A stretch of DNA of 64,000 nucleotides from Podarcis erhardii (Eukaryota): assembly GCA_964252035.1 (NCBI GenBank), contig OZ176200.1. The stretch is one strand, 5' to 3'. Under the pieces are notes generated by a model. It made no database searches. It saw only the letters and a program-made list of their open reading frames with translations, and was not told the DNA's origin. Positions 1 through 31,000 of the stretch are shown in pieces (position 1 is the stretch's first letter; each line of letters opens with the position of its first letter). The position numbers and the translations under genes were made by a program.

Positions 1-706
1 GTTCCCCACTCCTGCCATAATAAATTGATGGAGGAGGGCAAAACCAACAGCTGTTTGCCATGATACCAAATCTTGTGAATCTCCTGGAACATCTAGTTGA
101 CCACAGAATGTTATACTAGAAGGACCTTAATGGTAATTTCACTTCTTTTGCTGGAATAGCGGCATTTACTGGTGAGTGTTATTATGTGGTTCAAGTACTG
201 TATTCCTATACCACTATAACTGCTTGAGAATACTGGGCCAGATTGGAGGTCACTGTAGTCCTAGCGCTGGGGTGGTTCTGCTTCATACAGTAAAATCTGG
301 ACACCATGGACCCTCTGAATATATATTTCATTTCATTTCTTAAATTTATATCCTGCTCTTTCTTGTAAAGGAGTCCTATTCAAACATTTAAAAAAAGATT
401 TTGCAACACTGCGCCTTTCTAGTCCTATTTCTTCCTGAACACTTCCTGCACCGAACCCTCAATTTCTGTGACTCTCAAGGTTTTGCTTCCCTTTCCAGTT
501 GTGTTTACTTGAAATGCTCTCTGTGCCCTTTGCTGAGAAGTGACCATAGCCCCCCCCCCATCTTGCTCAGTTGCTCCCTCCCAGGTGTTGGCTCTCATCT
601 TTGCCCAGATGCCATTTGAATAGGTTGTTGTGGTCCCCTTCCCCAAATATTCCCTGCCAAAAAGCAGAGTCCCCTTCCCCTACTCACTGTCCTTTCTGTG
701 TCTCAG

Positions 707-21290
<20,584 letters not shown>

Positions 21291-22620
21291 CCAAGCAACG
21301 AGAACAACTCAGCAGCTGACAGTGACAACAGCAAATCCTGCAAGGATGTGGCTTCGAAGCAAAAAAGGCAGCAGCTGCCACCTCTGCTGTTAGATTTCTG
21401 AACCTCCTCTGTATGGCATAAAGGGGGAAATGCTCAGGCACCCAAAGCACACAGATGATCCACCAAGTTAGCAGTGAAGCCATGGAGACCAAACTGGAGG
21501 AAGACTTCAGTCTGCGTACTGTTCCCAGCATGCAGTTCTTCATGAGCAGGACCTGCCCGTAGTGCTAGAGCAACTTCAGAGTATATTCTCCAAGCTACTG
21601 CCAGCATTCCTGGGAAAGCTGTTGCTTGGTGATCCAGGTGTATTATCAGGGAATTGTGAAAGGGTGGTGGGTGGGGGGAGGCAGGGACCAGGGCTGCCTT
21701 GCCCCACTGTTCTCCCCAGCAAAATGTCTTCCCTTGCAAAGATGAATGGAGTGTGGAGGTGGGGGGCATGCGTGAACATTTGCCAGCACTTTGTATACAA
21801 CCACAGAGGGAGAAGCCTGCAGAATGGCTGTGTGTGTGTGTTTTTGTAAGTTCTGATTTTGAGGTGTCCCGTTTTAATTTTCATAAACTCGAAAAAGTGT
21901 TTTCAGATCGCTGGATCCCGTTTCTAGTTTTGCCTGCGGGGGAGAAGGATTAGAAAAGGGTTGACTACAACTCCCATCATCCTTATTGGGCCATGCTGGG
22001 AGCTTGGAGTCATGCTGACAACAACAGGTTCTCTATCTCAAAGGAGTTTTGGCTGGCAGGCAGATGGGATGGAGACCCTTCTCACTTCTGCACAACGGAA
22101 AGCACAGAGAGAAAGTGCTTCTCAAATGGGTGTGGTTTACTTGGATCCCTTGACTACAAGGACATGGAAAAACAAGAGGGGACCTGGAGTCACAGAGACA
22201 GGGTAGAAAGGAAGAGCAGGGCACAGAAAAATAATAAGAAACGTCTTTCTATCAGCCCAGGTAGCTGCTTTTCTGTTTGGTGGCTCTATGAAGGCCGCTT
22301 TCAGAAGGACCTAAAGGGTTCCTACTGTAAAGCTATTCAGCTCCAGGCAGTCTTGGGTTGCGTGGGCAAGCGATGGTGGCCCTGGCCAAGACTCTGGGAA
22401 TTCTGCCCCTAGATCTTTAGACAGAACTATCCATGGACCTAGCGCTGGAGAGAGTAACAGACACAGAGGTGGAAAGGAGCCAATCCCTAGTTCTGATCAG
22501 TTTCAGCTTTATCTTTGCAGCGTCAGACATTAGTTTGTTGCCTTACTGCTTCTAACTCCAAGAAGGCACCACAACAAGTTAAAACAGCAACTGAAGGAGG
22601 AAGCCAAGAACAGTGGCCCT

Positions 22621-22626
22621 TTTATT
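22621..22626 (-). terminator. Candidate polyadenylation signal (AATAAA) of the C13-like gene
   Basis: First AATAAA noticed on the minus strand downstream of the stop at 23156 (about 530 nt of 3'UTR). Confidence 0.55.
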
Positions 22627-23155
22627 CAAGGGTCTGGTTGTTTTACAGCACATAACCCATTCCCACAATCTCTCTCAGCAGAGGGTGCTTTAGGGTTTAC
22701 ATGCAAGAGTTCTTCAACTTTAGCTCCCAAGTAAAAGGGGTGGGGGGGAGGAAACTGCCATATTTCTGGGGGGGGGGTGTTTGTGCAGCACAGTGTCTGC
22801 ATTAGGGCAGCTGCTGTTCCCCACTTGCTCTTCCCATACTTCTGTGGTGCTCTGACTTACTAGTCTAGCAATGATTGTCACCCTACTGCTTCCGTCCGCA
22901 TGCTTGGCCATATCTGAAGATGCCAGAATAGGCTTGGCTATATATATATTTATATATATGTGTGTGTGTACCTGCCTTCTTTTAGCTCTGGCTGCCGGAA
23001 GCGGTTTTTGAGGGTCCTGTGCAGCAGTTTGCACAGCAACAATCCTGTCTGTTAGCTATCGCTAACGCCACCCATGTTCTCCGAAGCCAAGAAGAACCTC
23101 ATGAGGTGTGGGGGAAGGGTCAGTGGAAAGTCCCAAGGCAGCACCCCGCTGAGGC

Positions 23156-26100
23156 TCAGTCGTCGTCCTGTTGCAGCTGCTGGTGCCTGCTCTGGTACCA
23201 CAACATGGTGGGGAGGTTCTGGCAGCCTTGGTAGCGGCGCTGGCGCTCCTCTTCCCCCAGGGGTGGCACAGAGTGGCAGGGTGCCCCTGCTAATGAGACG
23301 TTGAGCAGCTGGGCTGGGGTGCCCGAGCCAAAGACTGCAGACCATGGACCCACCTGCAAGGAACAAGAGAGAATGCTTCACTTAAGTTTGCCCTGGGCCA
23401 CAACTCAATCTGTCATCAGCATTAATGTTTATATAGCACTTCCAACACATCAGTGTTTCAGGTACATTATCTTAGACAATTGGCCTGTAAGGATGGCCAG
23501 TAAAGCAAACTGAATTAAGGCTGCCTGGCTGGCTTCCACGTGCTCTAAAAAATGGTTAAGTTTCAGTGACTTCCTTTAGTTTGTTGCATCCAACCCTGTG
23601 CTATCACTTGGAATTAACCAATTTAGCCTGGATCCATTTCACTTGATTAAAAAATCAGTTCAAACTACCTTGAATGTACACTCCTTTTCCTTTTAATGGC
23701 AATGGTCTGTTTTTGAGCAGTAAAACTAATTGGGTGGGATGTAATAAAACACACGTTTTTCTTTCCAAATGTGCCATATTGCACATCAAAAGACTCCTTT
23801 AGTGCAAGCTACCTTCCACGAACTTCAGGTGCCATTCTCTAATTGTCATCACAGATGGCCTGTGTGTCAGTTACATGAGCAAAGGTTGGCTCTGGCCATT
23901 TGCCAAGTTCTAGTTTTCAGCATCGCTGCCTCTACACCTAAGCATTTATTTCTCAGTCTGTTGTGCTGCCCAATTGATTCCCAACACTTTCCCTACGCAC
24001 AGAGGAGAAACCAAACTGGTTGCAAGATGGTGCATAAGATGGCTTGGCCTTACCAGGAGCTGTGATCTGCCCTGAACTTGCTGCACAGCACAGGCCAGTT
24101 TTCATCTATGTTAATTGGCTAAACACCAATGTCCCTACTCCCCTCTCCCCTCCCCTGGAACTGGGAGTAGAGCCCAGGGAGTGCTGCCACCCAGTTAGTG
24201 ATCCTGCCACTAGAAGCAGCCACTTTGAACTGGAGACACCTGTTGCTAATGCCACCTGCCAAAAGCAATTTGAGGATGGGCTTCCTAGTCACTATTTTGA
24301 GCCTCCTGGTATTTATGTCCAGAACAAACAAATGCATCCTTGCCATCTCTTGAGGGACCATAAATTGGTGGCAGAGCATATGCATGCAGAAGGTAGCAGG
24401 TTCGAAACCCGATGTCCCCAGTTAAAAGGACCTGACAGCAGGCAACATGAAAACTGAGAGCCACTGCCAGAGTAGACAACATTGGACAATTAGCCTGACT
24501 CCATATGTTCCTATGCTCTGCAAACACCACGCCTTGGACTCCGAACAATCACGGCCCACCTTCCTTCCATGGCACTTACCGGCAACAAATGCTGGAGGAG
24601 GCACTGGTCAGGCTGCAGTCCGGCCCAGAACTCGGCAAAAGCTGACCCACCGCTGGCGGTAGTGGTGGCAGTGGCGGTGGTGGTGCTACGTATGAGCACC
24701 ACGTTGGGATGGCGCCGTGATGCCCGCAGCTTCTTCGTCAGTGGCCCCGGATAGCTCTGGTCAAGGAAGAGGAGAACCCGGCGAGCGTTGCAGCTCTCCA
24801 AGTCTGCTAGCAGCTCCGAGATGGGGTACCGCTCCTTAGGATCTGCCTGTTGCAGGGAAGGGACAGCTCATCAGCACCTGCCCCTTGGTCACAGACACAC
24901 AAGCACACCCCTCCCCGCTCCACAGTTGGGAGATCAAGGGGATTCCACTGCCTGGGAGTTAAAAGGAGCGGATTAAATGGGGAAGAGCAAGACAGGGCGA
25001 GCACCCACTGCAAAGGCCGGTGTTGTTTTCTCCCTGCAGGCACACATGAAAGAGCTGGACGGCCCTTTGAAGGGAACAGAGGAGAGGAGAGGGCTGCAGC
25101 CTCCACCTGCAGTTCTGTCAGCATCTCTCCTTCCTCCAGTCGGGCTTCCCAGGACATGCTGGGACAGGTGGGATGACCTTCTCCTCCTCCTTCACCCCAC
25201 TGCCAAAAGTGGCTCACTTCACTTTCCATTTCCAGCCTAGGAAACCCCAAAGGAAACTTGGCAAATGGCCAAATGCAGGCCTTTGAGAAGGGCTGGTGCC
25301 GCTCTGTATGTGTGCACAAGCATCTTAGGCAGCCGCTCCGCATTTTCCTGCCCCAGTTGGGTTCACTTGGCACCCCGACTTCACTGCTCCCTGCAAGCAA
25401 TTGATATTGGCTTACCCCCATGTGATAAATGCATTGTATCGTTAGCATCCCCATTCCCTGCTTGGCTAGGCAGCTGACATTAGCATCAATAGCCAAGGTC
25501 CTTTTTTGGATGATCATGATGAAGTAGGATTCATTCATTTAACAAGATGCATATACCGCTTGACTGTTGTAAAACCTCCAAGCGGTTTTACTTGTAAGTT
25601 AACCTGCTGCTGCTGCTTACTTCATTCTGCACCAACCTGTAGCTTTTCCCAACAAGCAACATTCATCAGTGCTTGGCTGACCACTGGGCAGGTGGCCTGT
25701 GGCTGTGGCTATTGTCACGGAATCAAAAGTCTACCTTTTTAAAAGTGAGGAGCAGTGAAGAACACCATGACAGGTTTCCTATTGGATTTCTATGGGTCAG
25801 CATATGGCTGTCTCAATTCACCTGGAGACAATTCCTGGGCAGAGCCACAGACTCCTGGACAAAATAATATATTTAATAGCATTGCTCATGGGGACTAATT
25901 TAGACCATTTCCTCGATGTATTTCTTCCTCTCTTTCTTCCTCTGCCTAACTTACCTGGTGGGTTACTCCCCCCAATAAATTGGCAAGAGATGTGCCCCAA
26001 GAGATGATATCCCTGCTGTGAAATAAGCAGCACCACTTTGTAACTTGTGCGGTACTGTATTTATTGTGCCCCCACACGTTAATTCACCTATAGAGGTTGT

Positions 26101-27978
26101 GCACCAGAGGAGGGGTGGGAGGGGGAGAGGGAAGAGGCACATACCCTTCTCTCCTCCTACAGTGATGTCATACCTGGATCCATCATGCCACCCCACCATC
26201 CTCTGATAATGCACACCCCAGCCACCCTTAAGCTCTGGAGGGTTTTGGCTACACATGCAAAATTCCAGTAGGATTGGGTTGATATCAATAGTGGGGACAG
26301 AGGATGGGATAGAACCTTCCTCCTATCATAGCTAAGGCCAAAGGGCTAAAAAAACTGGACCATTCCCATCATACCTGAACAATGATGATAGATCAGCTTG
26401 GCTTGGCTATTTAAAAAAAAAATCCTCAAAAAACAAGAAAACAACAGCAGGTTCATTTTGTCTCCTATACCCTTTTGAAATGTGGCTCTTTTGGGGGAGG
26501 TGTTATTGGGTTATTGTACTTATTTTGATTTTATATATTGTGATCTTTTCTGTGAACCACCCTGAGACCTCCAGGTATAGGGTGGTATATAAATTCAATC
26601 AATCAGTCAATACAGAAATGGCTTGTGATGTTTCATAATGGGAGTAGAGAGACGAGTGCCTGGGACAGCCAATGTTGGCAGCTCCATGGACAAGTGCTGC
26701 TCTGCTCCTCTTAGACAGCCTCTCCCTCGCTTCCAGCCCTGACCCCCCACTTACAATGCCGTTACGGTTGGCATCCCAAAGCAGCATGGTGCCATCGCTG
26801 GCTGCTGGGCTGTTGAGGTAGAGCACCAGCGAGTCGGCGCAGTGGAGGCTCCTGCAGACCAGGGCCAGGTGGGAGCGAATGGCCAGCTTCTCGGTGGCTG
26901 GGTGCACGTCGCCCATCTCCACAGTCACTGTCCAGAAAAGAAGAGGGAGAGAGGGATCTGCTAATCCCATGTCCCAAAGTCCTGTCTCCTCCCTCCAACC
27001 CACTCCAGTCTCGTACACCAAAGCAGCAGTCTCCCCCACAGACCACCCAAAAATGATTGGTCTTGGCACACCACTTAATGTTTTTTTATGCCTGTTGTAC
27101 CAGTTGGAATACACCATGCTAGATGCTGCCTGATTTTTCAAGATGTATTCCGAGTCCTTATACGTGTTTTATTGTGTTCTGTCGATTCAAATTGTAATGT
27201 AATAAAACACAAGGAAAGAAAAATGAAGAAGCATGAAAATTCAATTGACTATTTAATGTGAACTACCTGAAAGAAGCTTGACCACAGTTTGGGAACATCT
27301 TCCCCGTGGCATCCTCATTCCTCTTACTGCCACTTGCTCCCTGCCACCACATCCTGCTCATCTGGGAAGGGGCCAGAGTTGGGAGCAGCATGGGAATATT
27401 TGCTAGGCTCCCTCATTAGCCCACTCTGCAAAATGCCCCACAGGTGGTTTGGTCCACACCGTGCAGGCCTGTAATTTTTGCAGGGACATGTAACCCAAAG
27501 GTGAGATTTCACCAGGGCTAGATGCATTCACACCCAGCCTTTTCTCAAGTGGGATGGACAAGTAGGGTGACACTCTGAAATGCAATACACACAGCCCCCA
27601 TTCAGAACCTTGGTGGCAGGGAGAAGGAAGTGCCAGGAACAGAGTCTTGCCCCTGAAGAGCAGCTCATGGCATCCAGACACCCCTGAGTAGGGCTGGAGG
27701 GATATATTGATATATCATCCAAAACCGGTTTCTGGCCACATGGTAATAACTGTTTCAAAATCAATGACNNNNNNNNNNNNNNNNNNNNNNNNNNNNNNNN
27801 NNNNNNNNNNNNNNNNNNNNNNNNNNNNNNNNNNNNNNNNNNNNNNNNNNNNNNNNNNNNNNNNNNNNNNNNNNNNNNNNNNNNNNNNNNNNNNNNNNNN
27901 NNNNNNNNNNNNNAAAATCAGGAAACCACCCAGTGCTTCTGTGTCTCCCTGAGTTGAATGAGAAGGTACTCTTCCCTC

Positions 27979-28039
<61 letters not shown>

Positions 28040-31000
28040 CCTGTGTCTGCACCTGGAAGCAGCCAGCAGAAAGCACAGTTTTGTGAAGCTAGCTGATGCT
28101 GAAATTTAAGGAAGTACCTCCAGCTCGCTTGAGCAGGAGCGGCATGGGGACTTGCTCAGCTGTAGGGCCGGGTGAAGTATCTCGACTGCTTCTTTCTCCC
28201 CTCCTTATCTCTTCCTTCCTCCTTATTTTAGACATCATGATATATCAGTCTATCACAATATTTAGCTGGCGATATATCACAATGTTGAAAACCAAGTTAT
28301 CGCCCAGCCCTACCTATGGGCACTGACAAGTCACCCACCCCCCTAAGGAAACCAAGAGGCCTGTCCCACCCTTGCAGCCGACAGCTAGCTCTCTTTCATG
28401 CTGGTACCTGAGGCCTGCCCCTCACTCGCGAAGAAGGCCTTGATGTGCTCTTGGCGGAAGCCGTTCCGTCGAAGCATCTGGTAGAAGAGCAGCAGGTTCT
28501 GCGCATGGCGGGGGTAGGTGACCTGCTCCTGCCAGCCACCTGGGGGAGAAGCACAGTAAGCAATCCAGGGGGGAAAATGTGGTGAAGGAGAGGCTGGAGC
28601 TGGTTGCAAGGAGCATAGGAGCACTAACACTGCCCCTCAAGGAGACAAGGGGCCCGTTAAGCTCATGCCCAGTAGAACAAAGCTGTAGCTCAGTAACAGA
28701 GCATGTACTTGCACACAGAAAGAGCCAGGTTCAATCCTCGGCATCTCCAGATAAGGTTGGGCATGTCCGCTGTCTGAAACCTTGGAGAGCCACTGCCAAT
28801 CAGAGTGGCCAATACTCAGCTAGGTGGACCAATGGGCTAACGCAGCACAAGGCTGAGCCTCCAATCAGATTCACCCTCATCCATCTGCTGGCCAAATGCA
28901 ATGGCTTGCAGTGGTGTGCGGTCAGTGGACTGGGGGACTAGGCTAGTTCCCTAAATGTCCCCACTAAATTAGAATATTGAAGTATTAAAGCCTGGCACTT
29001 CCTTCCCAAAGCCCAGGAAGCTTCTGCCCGGCTTAGGGAGGGAGGCGTGATGTTCTCTCTCACACAATGCCGCCCCCTCCCGCAATCGCCCTCACAAGCT
29101 GGTGCCTCTGGCCCTAACTGTTACCCTAGGAAAAAATTCACCTCACACCGCTGATGGCTTCAGATTCCCAGGACCAGCAGATCCTTGCAGCCCCCAAGCA
29201 CCACTTCTCACCTGCAATCAGCACAGCATGGTCACATGTCTGGTACATGCGGCAAGACTTGTACAGCGGAAGCTGCTGCCTGTGGCATCGCCGTGTGTTC
29301 TTGTTGAGTTCACAGTAAGCGGCTGTGGAGCTGGAGCTCGCAAGGGGCAGGGGCTCCGGGCAGGGGCTGTATCCACGGAGATCTGGGAAAGAAAAGGAAG
29401 TGTAGCAGGAAGGCAGGAGGGGAAAGAACCTCAGGCCCATGGAGCAGACCCCAACAGACCCTTGAACTGTCATGGGGGCCCCTTGACAGTTCCACCCCAC
29501 TGCCCGTCCAATCCAGGGACTTACCCACACAGTTCAGCCTTTGCAGGTGTTTGGGGTCCTGTGCCACCACTACCATAGGCAGGAAATGGATCTCACAGAG
29601 ACCAACGGGGGGCTCCTCGCGGCGGATGCGTCCTGCAGACCGCTGGCTCCTTCCCTTGCCACGGCCCGGTCGGCGCTTCAGCTGGTTCTCACAGCGGCTC
29701 CTCTGGGCTGGAATCAAGCATTCATAGCCGCCTGCGGGCAAAGAACAAACATGTCTGGAATAAAACCTGCTGAGAAAGTTCCCTATACAGGGCTGCCTTC
29801 AGGTGTCTTCTAAAAATCAGATTGTTGTTTATTTCATTGACATCGTTCCACAGGGCAGGTGCAACTACTGAGAAGGCCCTCTGCCTGGTTCCCTGTAGCT
29901 TTGCTTCTTGCAATGAGGGAACCGTCAGAAGGCCCTTGGTGTTGGACCTCAGTGTCTGGGTTGAATGATGGGGGTGGAGACGCTCCTTTAGGTATACTGG
30001 GCCGTGGCTGTTTAGGGCTTTAAAGGTCAGCATCAACACTTCAAATTGTGCTCAGAAATGTACCAGGAGCTAATGGAGGTCTTTCAGGACCAGTGTTATA
30101 TGGCCCAGTGGCTGCTCCCAGTCACCAATCTGGCAGCCGCATACTGGATTAGTTGTAGTTTCCCATTCACCTTCAAAGGTAGCCCCACGCAGAATACATT
30201 GCCGTAGTCCAAGTGGGAGATAACCAGAGCATGCACCACTCTGGCGAGACAGTGACAGGCAGGCAGGGTCTCAGCTGGCATACCAGATGGAGCTGGTAGA
30301 AAGCTGCCCTGGACACAGAATAATATATTATTATATATACATTAATATTATTTTATTTTAGTGCATGGTTTAATTTTCTTGATTTTCTTAATTTCTCCAT
30401 GGAACAAGCAGAGTTCAAAAAGGTTCCAACAGATTATTAGATTCTGTGGAACAGGTGATGGGAATGAATCTTTGCTTCAGTTGTGATTGGTGAGCAGCTT
30501 ATAGAGCATTCATGTGCAACACCCTCAACCCTGTGAAAAGACCAGAGAAAATATACATCTTCTTTTTCTTTATTTTGTCTTATTATATACTGTTTATGAC
30601 CATTTGTCTCCTGGTTTGCTGGGGGTTCACAATATTTTTTGCATTCTTGTTTGTATATATTATCTAAAACTTCAGTAAAAATATTAAAACAACAAGCCAT
30701 AATCACTTGTGCATACTACATCTCTACTGTAAACTCTGCAGAACCAAGTCAGAATCTTGTCTCCCCAAGCAGAATAAAAGAGGATTTCCTCCTAGAGGTG
30801 TAAAGTATGGGGTATAAAACTCCCTCCAAAAATGGAGAGGATAAGAAAGGAGTTGGTTGTCAGTTAGGCTGCAATGCTTGGCCAATTAATTCACAAGGCT
30901 GATGGATTAAAACACATTTCTGATAGGCTAAAAAAAGGTGATTAATCACACTAAAAAAAAAGTTAATCATTTTAATATAATGAAGGTTAATTATTTTTAA

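Noticed and set aside
28681-28745. tRNA-like A/B-box sequences (also 24362 and 49632)
   Set aside because: No cloverleaf 3' half and followed by a SINE body; these are SINE heads, not tRNA genes.
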